DNA of 64,000 nt from a virus. This document shows, one piece after another, positions 37,666 to 47,290 of this stretch (position 1 is its first letter; each line of letters starts with the position of its first letter). A program made the translations under genes and the position numbers. Below the pieces are notes generated by a model. The model was not told the DNA's origin and ran no database searches. It was given only the letters and a program-made list of their open reading frames with translations. The stretch lies in IMG/VR virus record IMGVR_UViG_3300024264_002047, one strand, 5' to 3'.

Positions 37666-39113
37666 TAGTGATCCGATTTGTCGTTTCTATCTGTTTTGTT
37701 TGATAATATAAATCGTCTGTTAGGATTCACCGCAATTTTAAACTTAGTCATTAACTTTCTATTCACTAACATTTCTGATGCAGTATCTTTTAATGACAAC
37801 GCGATTTCAGCAATATGTTTCTTGTTATTGAAAAAGATCTCATGTTCAATTACAGGTCTTGTATCAAATGCCTTCTGACCACGAGTTGGGTTTGAGACAT
37901 ATATTACTTCACTCTCAAACTTATAACCATTCTTTTCCCAAAATACCATTTTACCTTTTGTTTCCATTTTATCAACATGGAGCATACTTGCTTTTGCACT
38001 GTTACCAGAATCAAACTTTGCACGTACAGGATTCTTTTCCATACCTTTAAATATAATCGTTTCAATATAACCTGCTTCTTGTCTAAAGATTGGTCTTCTA
38101 TTAACATCCTTAGAAAAGAATTGTATAATTGTCTCTACAACTTTCTTATCAGATACTTTACCTAGTTTCTCTTCTGTCCAAGGATCATAACCTTCAAAGT
38201 GAGAACGAATACCTGGAGAACCATTTACTTCGATAATATAAGGATTGCCTTTCTTATCAACAAAATGATCTACTCCACAATATACAGCTCCTGTTGCTCT
38301 TGCGGCTGCTTTAATTACTGTGATCTCTTTCTTCGATAAATCGTATGGTTCAGTAGTTGCACCTTGGTGAACATTGTTTCTAAAGTCTTTGTTATCTGGT
38401 GCTTGTATTCTTTCTGCCGCAGCAATGATCTTACCACCTACAAGTAGAGTACGTATATCTGATTTCATTTCAAAGAATTCTTGTATTAACAAATCAGCAT
38501 CGTATTTCCATAACGATTGACATACACCTGTTAAAGATGACATACTATCAATCTTCATTACACCAACACCTTGAGTTCCTTTAAGTGTTTTAATAATAAC
38601 AGGGAACTTTCCACCAACTCGTTTATGAGCGTCTTCGATAGATTGTTCGTTGGGTATAGATGATGTTCTTGGAATCGGTATATTGTTACGACCTAACAAT
38701 AATGCGTTGGACATTTTGTTATCACAGACTAACATAGATTCTAAATCGTTAACAAGCAAAAAGCCAATATCTTGTAAGGAGGATATAAACGCTTGGGAGG
38801 AAAGCGTACCGATTGCTCCTGCTCTTACAAATACAATTGAGTTATGTGTTTCAATTTCAATATCTTTATCTTTGCCATCAACGTTACGAAGCTTTACAGT
38901 TCCGATGTCAATATCAGAGTCAGCAATCCACGATTTTGTTATATCAACGAAATCGTATTTTATATCTCTCTTAACAGAAACTTCTTCAACAATATCAGCA
39001 AAGGTTCCGTCGCCATCTCCTGTACCTAAGACGACAACGTGCAGCTTGTTATAAGGAACAATTTCTGCTTCCTCTTCAAGAGGGTCTCTTCTGTACTCAG
39101 ATATGGTTTTCAT
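37665..39113 (-). CDS. RimK-like ATP-grasp ligase fused to C-terminal retropepsin-like (RimB-like) protease
   Basis: CDNKMSN, PVIIKTLKGTQGVGV, QEFF, DIR, FRNNVHQG, GVD, IEVNGSPG; then RAKFDSGN...RPVI...LVNRK. Confidence 0.85.
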   Translation of the reverse strand: MKTISEYRRDPLEEEAEIVPYNKLHVVVLGTGDGDGTFADIVEEVSVKRDIKYDFVDITKSWIADSDIDIGTVKLRNVDGKDKDIEIETHNSIVFVRAGAIGTLSSQAFISSLQDIGFLLVNDLESMLVCDNKMSNALLLGRNNIPIPRTSSIPNEQSIEDAHKRVGGKFPVIIKTLKGTQGVGVMKIDSMSSLTGVCQSLWKYDADLLIQEFFEMKSDIRTLLVGGKIIAAAERIQAPDNKDFRNNVHQGATTEPYDLSKKEITVIKAAARATGAVYCGVDHFVDKKGNPYIIEVNGSPGIRSHFEGYDPWTEEKLGKVSDKKVVETIIQFFSKDVNRRPIFRQEAGYIETIIFKGMEKNPVRAKFDSGNSAKASMLHVDKMETKGKMVFWEKNGYKFESEVIYVSNPTRGQKAFDTRPVIEHEIFFNNKKHIAEIALSLKDTASEMLVNRKLMTKFKIAVNPNRRFILSNKTDRNDKSDH

Positions 39114-39118
39114 AATTT

Positions 39119-39147
39119 ATTATACAACATTAATGCTGCGATGTCAA
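39119..39147 (-). promoter_or_regulatory. sigma70 promoter, predicted leaderless start
   Basis: TTGACA-17-TATAAT, 5 nt, then ATG. Confidence 0.7.
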
Positions 39148-40377
39148 CTACTTCTTGCGCTTATTGGCAGGAAGAGATTTGTCTAATGCAGCTTCGACTT
39201 CTTTATATTGTCTGATGTATTGCATTGAAGGATACTTAGCCTTTTTCAGCTTTGCATATGCACTCTTTACAGCAGGATCTTTTGATTGTTCCATATCAGA
39301 GATTTCATATCTTGCGTTCATCTCTTCTAAGTCAGACTCGAACATTTTTTTATAACTAGAAACCCCTTCTTTAACTTCCTTGATTGGTCCAATGACTTTG
39401 CATTTGTACTTGGCGCAAATTTTCTTAACATCTCTGTCGTTTGCGAACTTAGTTAATGATGCAGTCTTACCAATAAATTCGATTGAAGCAGGACCTGTAT
39501 CTCCACCATCAAAACTAGAGATATGCATATTTCTAACTTTAGATACAACTTTATCCATTATACCCATTTCTTTTTGGTCGAAACCAAAATCGTCATCAAA
39601 CTTGTTAGAAGTATTACCTTTAGTTACTTCGATAGTTAAACGTGCTTCGCCACGACGGTTACGATCTTTGTAGTTCTTAAGATCTTTAATACCTTCATTT
39701 ACTTCTACGCTTTCTACTAAATCAGAATACATATCTTTAATATCAGAATCGTCATAATAGTAATGCTTAGTTAAAAAGTTTACAATATCTTTTGCTTGTC
39801 CAGTAACATCAGCAGTAGTATTACCAGTTTGCTTGATTTTAATTTTGAATAGCTTTTCAATTTTAGCAGTTAACTTTTTGTCGCCTACGTAATCAATATC
39901 AGCAATACCTTTTCCTGATTTAGCTTTAACAGCTTCATTGATAGTTTCGTCCATTGAAATAGTAACTTCTTCTCTATATAAATTGGGGTGCTTTTTCTTG
40001 GCATCCCTATCCATTTGTTGCATAATCTTCTTTTGTTCAGGAGTTGGCTTTCCTGCTAAATTCCAACCACCACCTTTCTTAAGCGCTTTAGTTCTTTTTC
40101 TAAACGCTGCTGCCTTTTTAGGATCAGTCTTATCTAATTTGCTAAGGTAATCTATATCATCCTGCCAAGGATCGGCAGCCTCAACCATACTTTCGTTATG
40201 CGGATAACCTTTTAATGGCTCCTTTGAAGGCACTAAAGCTTGCTTAATTTTTTCATAAGTTAGCTTATTGATTTTTTCTTTAAATTCTTTTGTTCTTGCA
40301 TCAAGACTTTTTTTGATCTCTACATCTAATCTTTCTTGCCTTGTTAATTCCTTTGACATTTTATCCTCCGAATTCAT
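39148..40377 (-). CDS. modular charged protein, probable internal head protein
   Basis: Modules separated by INE/VNE/LVE/LEE motifs. Confidence 0.55.
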   Translation of the reverse strand: MNSEDKMSKELTRQERLDVEIKKSLDARTKEFKEKINKLTYEKIKQALVPSKEPLKGYPHNESMVEAADPWQDDIDYLSKLDKTDPKKAAAFRKRTKALKKGGGWNLAGKPTPEQKKIMQQMDRDAKKKHPNLYREEVTISMDETINEAVKAKSGKGIADIDYVGDKKLTAKIEKLFKIKIKQTGNTTADVTGQAKDIVNFLTKHYYYDDSDIKDMYSDLVESVEVNEGIKDLKNYKDRNRRGEARLTIEVTKGNTSNKFDDDFGFDQKEMGIMDKVVSKVRNMHISSFDGGDTGPASIEFIGKTASLTKFANDRDVKKICAKYKCKVIGPIKEVKEGVSSYKKMFESDLEEMNARYEISDMEQSKDPAVKSAYAKLKKAKYPSMQYIRQYKEVEAALDKSLPANKRKK

Positions 40378-40894
40378 GTCCAGCGACCCGCTTCATTTGC
40401 TTTTCAAATTCTGCTTGATCGGGTTTAGTTTTATATAATTTGATTGATAGGTCATCTTTATCTTTGCCTTTGATGCGCCAATTATAACCTTGTTCTTTAT
40501 GTTCTGGTTTTGTTGTTTTAACAACTCGACGTTTATATCCGTCATCCCATGATTCTGAACCTTCTGATAACTGTTCATCAACCATTAAGGCAAGGACGTG
40601 GGAATCTAAACCAAATTGCTGTGCAATTTTGCCTGCATAGTAATCTTTACCATGACGACCTTTAGTTCCGTGTTTATACATGATTTCTTTTACTTTGGCA
40701 ACCGCTTGGCCGTATTTCTTTTTGAATATCGTATCAGCTGCTAACTTCTTAATTAACTGTGAAGTAGTCAATTCTTCCAACTCCTTGGATTCGGGTACAC
40801 AATTTGGAACGTCTTTGCCGTTCTTCTTTTTCATTCCAACTTGTTTGTATCCGTCCCAACACTTTTCAGTGACGAATTGGTTATAAGATAACAT
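40361..40894 (-). CDS. probable internal head protein
   Basis: MLSYNQFVTE, KCWDGYKQVG module, LEE/LSE junctions. Confidence 0.6.
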   Translation of the reverse strand: MLSYNQFVTEKCWDGYKQVGMKKKNGKDVPNCVPESKELEELTTSQLIKKLAADTIFKKKYGQAVAKVKEIMYKHGTKGRHGKDYYAGKIAQQFGLDSHVLALMVDEQLSEGSESWDDGYKRRVVKTTKPEHKEQGYNWRIKGKDKDDLSIKLYKTKPDQAEFEKQMKRVAGHEFGG

Positions 40895-40896
40895 AA

Positions 40897-41376
40897 TTAA
40901 CCTTTGTATGTTCCGTTGACGATATCACTTAATAATTTTTTAACTGCTGTTCTCGCGACTGCAGGACCAACTTTATATTTCTGTTCTAAACTTTTAGAGA
41001 CACCCATCAAACCAGTAATACCATCAGAACGACCATCTTTCATAAAGGCCATGATATCTTTTTCTAATTGTTTTTGATTTGGTAAACCTTCAGCAATCTG
41101 TTTATTGTTGGTACCTTCGTTAATAATACTATCAATGAAATCTTCTAATTCTTCGACGTCGTCAGTTTTGATTTCGCCGTTGTCCAATGCCCATTGCATT
41201 AGTTCGTCTTCGACTTTCTTTGGTAAATCTTTACCTCTTCGAAGAGCATCAATATCTCTACGGTTTTTAGTTATCAGTTTCTTCCAATCGCTATCTCTTG
41301 GATACATATTAATAACTTTCTGAATGTTTTCAGTAGTTAACCTGATCTCTGCCATTGCTTCAAATATGTATGACAT
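40897..41376 (-). CDS. probable internal head protein
   Basis: MSYIFEAMAE, INE/IAE junctions. Confidence 0.55.
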   Translation of the reverse strand: MSYIFEAMAEIRLTTENIQKVINMYPRDSDWKKLITKNRRDIDALRRGKDLPKKVEDELMQWALDNGEIKTDDVEELEDFIDSIINEGTNNKQIAEGLPNQKQLEKDIMAFMKDGRSDGITGLMGVSKSLEQKYKVGPAVARTAVKKLLSDIVNGTYKG

Positions 41377-42059
41377 TATCCGAACCTCTTCGCAAATGTT
41401 TTGAGATCAATTGTTTCAAAAGAACCAAACTCATCGGTTACTCTGTATCCAACTTTACCTTTAAATTCTACAGGTTTTGCTGAATAATATTTGTTGCCTT
41501 GTCTAAGACCACCGATCTCAGATCCGTAGAAACCAAGCTTTTTCATTTTAGGAGCAGCTTCTTCAAGTTCTTCGTCAAACATACCTGAATCTTTCATCAT
41601 CTTCAGAGCATCTTTCTTAGCTCTTTCCATATTACCTTTGTTCATCTTTTCAACAGCTTGCTTGATTAGCTTGAGTCGTTTTGCTTTATCCTTTTCAGAC
41701 ATTGCTTCTTCGATAGTTTCTTCTTCAACACCTTCAACACTTTCAACCTTTCTTGCGAATGAAGCAACAAATTGACCAGGACGGGCTTTAGGATACATTG
41801 CTTTAAATACAGATTCGTGTCCCATTACAAACGTAACGAGGTCTTCAAGAACAACAGTATCTAGTTTAGCCATATACTTTGCTGCATCTTTAAGTTTGTT
41901 TTGAGTTAGCAGTTTAGAGATGGCAAGAAAGTCTTTCTTATCTCCACCTGATTCTCGTTTTGCAGCATCAGAGATTTCTTTTGCTAACGCCTTTGTTTCT
42001 TTTGCGAGGTTCTCATTGATTGTATCAACGCCCTCTAATACTTGTCTAAAATTTTTCAT
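41376..42059 (-). CDS. probable internal head protein
   Basis: MKNFRQVLE, INE/IEE/LEE junctions. Confidence 0.55.
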   Translation of the reverse strand: MKNFRQVLEGVDTINENLAKETKALAKEISDAAKRESGGDKKDFLAISKLLTQNKLKDAAKYMAKLDTVVLEDLVTFVMGHESVFKAMYPKARPGQFVASFARKVESVEGVEEETIEEAMSEKDKAKRLKLIKQAVEKMNKGNMERAKKDALKMMKDSGMFDEELEEAAPKMKKLGFYGSEIGGLRQGNKYYSAKPVEFKGKVGYRVTDEFGSFETIDLKTFAKRFG

Positions 42060-42214
42060 TTGGGTTCCTGGTCCTTAAACTGTTTGAAAGTCTTTAATTT
42101 GTTTTCCCGCTTGACTTTTTGGTTCGGGGTATCTTTTTGAAGTTTGGCTCTTGCTTTATCAGTACCCCAATCACCAGCGCCGCCTTCTTCCTTAATATTA
42201 TTTATACGATCCAT
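42056..42214 (-). CDS. 52 aa hypothetical protein (not in ORF track)
   Basis: MDRINNIKEEGGAGDWGTDKARAKLQKDTPNQK...; overlaps both neighbours. Confidence 0.5.
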   Translation of the reverse strand: MDRINNIKEEGGAGDWGTDKARAKLQKDTPNQKVKRENKLKTFKQFKDQEPK

Positions 42215-43992
42215 TATTTAACTTTGTCGGCAAGATCCTTATCTGCCTTACCCCATGTTCCAGGTGATTTAGTAGCAAAACTATTAACTCTTGCTAGTCC
42301 CCATTGTACCGGAGTTGTTCCAGGTCTATGACCTGTTCTCCAAGCAGCAACACCACGATCAAACACTTTCTTTAAAATACCATAAGGCATTCCTGATTTC
42401 TCAGCTTTATCCTTTAATGATTTTTCAGGGTTTGATTTCTCGGATACGAACTCTACTTGTTCAATCAACTGTTCTATCTCGTCGATTCTTTGATCTGTTA
42501 TTTGAGATTCAATCACTGATCGTTGTTTCTCTAATGCTTCGGCTTCTCTTGCTTTGCCGTACATCTTAAATCTGTAATCGAAGTTTACTGTATTGTCTTG
42601 TCTTAATAATTGATGTGGTCTTTTTAAACCTGCACGTTCCATATTACGGTTAACTGCTTCACCAAACATTTTCTTAAATTTGTTTGAATGCTTAGATGGT
42701 TTTGTTTTTGCTTCTGCATCACCAGGTGCCTTATCGTAAGCATCAGGATTGTCATCGTCCATCTTTGACTTTTTATTAAAATGAGCTTGTCTTTTATCTT
42801 TAGTAGAACCACCTAGATCTTTATAATAACCAGGCTGTTGCTTTTGTTGTTTGGATTCTTTATCAGCTTCTTTTTGTAATCGTTCTTGAATAGATGCTGC
42901 TTTATATAAAGTTGAGTTTGTTTCTTCGTTAGCAGTTCTTAAAGCCTTTTGAACTTCAGGATGTTTTGATAGATTACGTTTGAGTTTATCAATTTCTTTA
43001 ACTGCGTAATTCATGTTACCTGCTAAATCCAAAGCAAGTTCAATACCTAACTTAACATTCTTATCTCTTGCAGCTGCTGATTTAGATTTTGGATTATTTT
43101 TATAATAAGTAGCAACTTCAGCGCCTGTTAGTTTTTGTTTGCCCATTGCAGACAACGGATCAACTTTACCAGCCTTAACTCTTTCAGCAAGGAATTGGTC
43201 AACTGCAAAGTTTAATGATTCGGATATACCTAGACCACTTCTAACATCTCGATATAAGTCCAATCTCATTCTATCGTTTCTTGTTGGAATTCCTTTTGTA
43301 AATAAATCAAGATCGCCATCAGCGGCTGCAGCTCTAATCTTACTTGCTGACATACCTGAAACATCATCACTATCAGGATCTCTTTCGCCTGCAGAAACAA
43401 CCTTAATAGAATTGAATGTATAATCCTTTCCATTATATTTGTTTAATAATGTTTCAAATTCTTTAACTCTATCTGAACCTACAACAAGAACAAGATCCTT
43501 ATATTTTGCTTTTTGTAATTCCTGTGCAACTTGTATAATTGTTTTTGCATTTGATTTAACGATTAATCTTTTACCAAAGAATGTTTGAGCATATTTGATT
43601 TTCTGATCGTATGTTAATGGATTCTTTTTAGCATCTTGAGTTTTTGATAGGTATACTAATGGAGTACCTTTTTCTGCGATTGCTGTTGATACTATCTTAT
43701 TAACTAGTTTCTCGTGGCCTACTGTTGGAGGATTCATTCTTCCAAACGTAATGACAGCTTTATCTTGAACAGCTTCGTCTAATCTCGGTTCAGTATCTAT
43801 AAACTTGTTTGCGTCAAAAGTCTTCGCGGAATCCTTCTTTATAATTCCTTTACCAGTATCTTGGTCTTTCTTTTTATCTTTGCGCTTTTTGATATCTTTA
43901 TTAGAAGAATCTTTTGACTGGTTGTCATCAGTGTAATCGTCGATAGATGCTCCCGCTTGTGACGTTGTATCTTTTTCGTTTAAGCGATCCAT
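42214..43992 (-). CDS. HIGH-superfamily (cytidylyltransferase-like) protein with modular C-terminal tail
   Basis: FGRMNPPTVGHEKL, NPLTYDQK, VVGSDR, GMSASKIR; tail with RGVAAWRTGHRPG. Confidence 0.8.
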   Translation of the reverse strand: MDRLNEKDTTSQAGASIDDYTDDNQSKDSSNKDIKKRKDKKKDQDTGKGIIKKDSAKTFDANKFIDTEPRLDEAVQDKAVITFGRMNPPTVGHEKLVNKIVSTAIAEKGTPLVYLSKTQDAKKNPLTYDQKIKYAQTFFGKRLIVKSNAKTIIQVAQELQKAKYKDLVLVVGSDRVKEFETLLNKYNGKDYTFNSIKVVSAGERDPDSDDVSGMSASKIRAAAADGDLDLFTKGIPTRNDRMRLDLYRDVRSGLGISESLNFAVDQFLAERVKAGKVDPLSAMGKQKLTGAEVATYYKNNPKSKSAAARDKNVKLGIELALDLAGNMNYAVKEIDKLKRNLSKHPEVQKALRTANEETNSTLYKAASIQERLQKEADKESKQQKQQPGYYKDLGGSTKDKRQAHFNKKSKMDDDNPDAYDKAPGDAEAKTKPSKHSNKFKKMFGEAVNRNMERAGLKRPHQLLRQDNTVNFDYRFKMYGKAREAEALEKQRSVIESQITDQRIDEIEQLIEQVEFVSEKSNPEKSLKDKAEKSGMPYGILKKVFDRGVAAWRTGHRPGTTPVQWGLARVNSFATKSPGTWGKADKDLADKVK

Positions 43993-44024
43993 TTAAATAT
44001 TCCTAATTTAGTTTGCTAATGTTT

Positions 44025-44708
44025 TTATTTATAATAATTAGCAAAGGACTCGATAAATTCATAATTTACGTGAGCTGATTCGCTCCAAATCGTAGATTCT
44101 CTCAAATATCCAATAGCAGGTGTTGGCGACATGATTGCTAAAGGTATTTGAGTTGATCGTTGCCCTCGTATAAAGTATGCGTTATCCACTGCTCCTAATA
44201 TTCCTTTTTCTTCTATTTCGTGAATAAGGTTTTGTGCAGTTCGTTTGGTCATCATATATGCGTGTGCACCTTCATGACCATCTATGTTTATTATTTTTCG
44301 TTCTTGTTTATTACCTTCGATATAATTATATCCTAACTCTGATAGTTTATATCCTAATGTAATTAAATAGTTATCTGGTATTTTAATATCTGGTTTGTAA
44401 TACATTATAGCATCGTGTTCTAATACGATACCAACCGAATCTTCACCTTCGGCAATCTTTTTCCAAATAGCAGCATGACCTGCAGAACATGTATTTGCTT
44501 TATGATGCATATTTGGTTCAGCAACATGTTCCCACGGTTCGTCGAACTTCATTTTAATACCAGTTTTACACCAAGCCATACGACCAGTACAATGAGACCA
44601 ACCTTCAAAGTATTCCCAGTCCAAATCTATAAGATCACAAGAGTCAGAACAATTCTTTGCGTATTGTCTTGATATTGGATGGTCATGTGTTAATATGTAG
44701 GCCTTCAC
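44025..44708 (-). CDS. GT25-like glycosyltransferase
   Basis: CSAGHAAIWKKI, IVLEHDA, GAHAYMMT. Confidence 0.65.
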   Translation of the reverse strand: MKAYILTHDHPISRQYAKNCSDSCDLIDLDWEYFEGWSHCTGRMAWCKTGIKMKFDEPWEHVAEPNMHHKANTCSAGHAAIWKKIAEGEDSVGIVLEHDAIMYYKPDIKIPDNYLITLGYKLSELGYNYIEGNKQERKIINIDGHEGAHAYMMTKRTAQNLIHEIEEKGILGAVDNAYFIRGQRSTQIPLAIMSPTPAIGYLRESTIWSESAHVNYEFIESFANYYK

Positions 44709-45424
44709 TTAAACTTAATTTCCTTATAACCATGTTCTAAGCAAAACTCGTTAATTGAATCTACATATACATCTCTTGGCGGACCGAAGTCATATAACAT
44801 TTCTGCAAACGAAGAATGCTTACGAGTATTTTCGGCTGTCTTGTGTTCTACGTATTCTATGTCATCATAATGTTTTTCTAAGTATTCATATAATAACTTA
44901 TCTTGATCTTCGATTCTATATGTAACGTCAGGTTTTATGTTTCGTATGATTGTGTTAAATCCACATATACTACGAATAGCATTTTCAATTGGATTCTTAT
45001 TTTGCATTCCACCAAGATGGGCCTGCCTGTATCTATGAGATATAAAGTCTATCCTTTCTACGGGCTCTGTTTCAACGACAAAAGATGATCCATCTCTTTC
45101 AAAGGTAGATTGTATAATATGTGGTGTTTCTGTATATACAATAGATGCTAATGATTCTCTTGGGTTTCTTACATTATATATTAGATGATTATATTCAGGT
45201 CTGCGTTTAAATTCTTTCTGCCATAAGTAACTGCCTGTTGGGAAACTTAGAAACCAAGATACGATTCCGTCTTTGCCGAGAGTTTCATGGCCAACATCTA
45301 AACCCCACTTACTTAATATCTTAGATGTAAATCCGGTTCCAGTTCTTGGATGTCCTACTCCTAGTATAGGAACAAACTTGCATTCATCACCCATCTTATA
45401 ATTAATTCTTGTGCGCTTGCGCAA
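44705..45424 (-). CDS. sulfotransferase-like protein
   Basis: GHPRTGTGF (PAPS 5'-binding loop-like), VRNPRESLAS, YRIED. Confidence 0.6.
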   Translation of the reverse strand: MRKRTRINYKMGDECKFVPILGVGHPRTGTGFTSKILSKWGLDVGHETLGKDGIVSWFLSFPTGSYLWQKEFKRRPEYNHLIYNVRNPRESLASIVYTETPHIIQSTFERDGSSFVVETEPVERIDFISHRYRQAHLGGMQNKNPIENAIRSICGFNTIIRNIKPDVTYRIEDQDKLLYEYLEKHYDDIEYVEHKTAENTRKHSSFAEMLYDFGPPRDVYVDSINEFCLEHGYKEIKFK

Positions 45425-45425
45425 T

Positions 45426-46088
45426 TTAAACTCCTTGCGAATAATCTTTTAACCAAGGCATACCGCCATCAAGGGCTGTTGAACCCCAATGTTGTTCGCA
45501 ATATATTTTCCCAGGTCCATCGTACCGTGGATAGCCTGGTCTGAACCATTGTGGTATAAACATATATGATGGGAATATATGTAATAGATGACGATGATTA
45601 TCTAATAACCTTGCCAAGTAAAAGTTGCCTGTTGATTCGTGTGGCTTTGGATCCAATTGATTTGGTTTGAGTTGATGAAGGTTTCTTAATATCTTATCGA
45701 GGAATTCGTTACCTGGGTTTGCTGCCATCACTGGTGATATAGATCTCGGTATAACTGATTCGCATTCAAATACAGTATATGCTAAGTTTGGATCTTCGAC
45801 AAATAATTCCGAAACGTCGTGATAACATTCTGAATCTGCTTCAGGCCAGAATCCGCCTCTTTCGTATATTAACTCATAACGAATTAAATCAGCAACACCT
45901 GCCCATGTACCTCGTCTGTAGTACTCTTCAATCAAATGTTGATTATACCATTTACGTTTATGTAGCATATCATCTGTGAACACGCTGTATTCCCAGTCAG
46001 GCATTTTTTCTTGCCAAGTGTTCATCCACTTTAATGGAGCAGGATTAGGTCCTATCCAAATGTGGGTCATTTTCTTTTCGATATTCAT
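45426..46088 (-). CDS. DXD glycosyltransferase (GT32/OCH1-like)
   Basis: HIWIG, ADLIRYELIYERGGFWPEAD. Confidence 0.75.
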   Translation of the reverse strand: MNIEKKMTHIWIGPNPAPLKWMNTWQEKMPDWEYSVFTDDMLHKRKWYNQHLIEEYYRRGTWAGVADLIRYELIYERGGFWPEADSECYHDVSELFVEDPNLAYTVFECESVIPRSISPVMAANPGNEFLDKILRNLHQLKPNQLDPKPHESTGNFYLARLLDNHRHLLHIFPSYMFIPQWFRPGYPRYDGPGKIYCEQHWGSTALDGGMPWLKDYSQGV

Positions 46089-46618
46089 AGTCTTTTAATA
46101 TATCTCATTGCGGCCGATGCGTTGTCGCTGGAGTCTAAATTTATATATCCAACGTTCAGTCGGTCAAATTGTTCCATGATTGCTTCGTCAATTAAAATAC
46201 ACTCAGCTTCGTCTTGTGCTCTACCTTGTTGTTCAAAACCTTCAGGTCTTGTTAACATAAAGTTAATATTATGATTATATAAACAATAACATTCAAAAGC
46301 CATTTTGTCAATTAGATCTGAATAGATTGCTTCACCGTATCTCTCACGATATATTGGACTTAAGAGTACAGGACTATCGGTAATGATATAATCTACCTTA
46401 TCGGATAATCGTAATATTTTTCTGTGTTGATGTCCGAGTACCCAAAGTTGATCTGCCAACATTGGTATGTTACCTTCCCATACGCACTCTTTAGCAAACT
46501 CATCTGTCAGTTCGACATTATAGCCTGCGATTTTCATTTGATAGAATAAACCCGCGGCAGCGGTGGACTTACCTGATCCTGGCCCGCCGTAGAAGTTTAT
46601 GACTGTGACGTCTTTCAT
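46085..46618 (-). CDS. P-loop kinase/ATPase (NadR/AAA_28-like)
   Basis: FYGGPGSGKST, ITDSP, QGRAQ. Confidence 0.75.
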   Translation of the reverse strand: MKDVTVINFYGGPGSGKSTAAAGLFYQMKIAGYNVELTDEFAKECVWEGNIPMLADQLWVLGHQHRKILRLSDKVDYIITDSPVLLSPIYRERYGEAIYSDLIDKMAFECYCLYNHNINFMLTRPEGFEQQGRAQDEAECILIDEAIMEQFDRLNVGYINLDSSDNASAAMRYIKRL

Positions 46619-46651
46619 TGAGGATCACCTTATTCATATTATAGAAATTAT

Positions 46652-46680
46652 ATTATAACAAACTTAGGTCTTAATGTCAA
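46652..46680 (-). promoter_or_regulatory. sigma70-type promoter
   Basis: TTGACA-17-TATAAT heading the glycan cluster. Confidence 0.85.
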
Positions 46681-46916
46681 CTGATTCCTTGAGAGAAACG
46701 ATAATCATAAAAGTCTTTATTGATTTCTCCTGCGATTGCTGTCTTACCTGTTTGTCGACATTTAATATATGTCTTTTGAGTTCCGCCGCCTGGTTTAGTA
46801 AATGTTCTAACGCCTGCGGCTATTACACCTGGAGTATCAGCATATGTATCTGCAGCGGTTGCCGCGTTATCATATTCCCAAGCTCCATTGCTTCCTTGTA
46901 CTGTTACGAATGCCAT
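46677..46916 (-). CDS. hypothetical protein
   Basis: ORF in late operon. Confidence 0.55.
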   Translation of the reverse strand: MAFVTVQGSNGAWEYDNAATAADTYADTPGVIAAGVRTFTKPGGGTQKTYIKCRQTGKTAIAGEINKDFYDYRFSQGIS

Positions 46917-47290
46917 TACTCGTACCCTGCTTCTTTAGTGAGTTTCATAATAACGTGGAATGGTCCATCGCCAACAACTCGTATATCTCTATTAGAATAC
47001 ACGTTATCTACAAAACCTTTATATTCGTGTGAACCAGAATTTACAAAATAATAATGACCGTGAGCTGTAGATCCGTCCCATCTAGAAATGTCTATATGTT
47101 TATTGGTTTTGCAGCCCCAATATATTTCTTTAATCGTTACTACTGCACCGTTAACCGATTGATAAGGATGTACAAGGTTTGCTAATAAAATATCAACAGT
47201 ATCACCTGCGGAGTCAGTTACATAAATCTTTACGACTGCTTCTGTTTTTGTTCTTTTTAAGTAATGAATTTCGGACATTATTTTTGCCAC
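46916..47290 (-). CDS. hypothetical (likely virion) protein
   Basis: ORF in late operon. Confidence 0.55.
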   Translation of the reverse strand: MAKIMSEIHYLKRTKTEAVVKIYVTDSAGDTVDILLANLVHPYQSVNGAVVTIKEIYWGCKTNKHIDISRWDGSTAHGHYYFVNSGSHEYKGFVDNVYSNRDIRVVGDGPFHVIMKLTKEAGYE

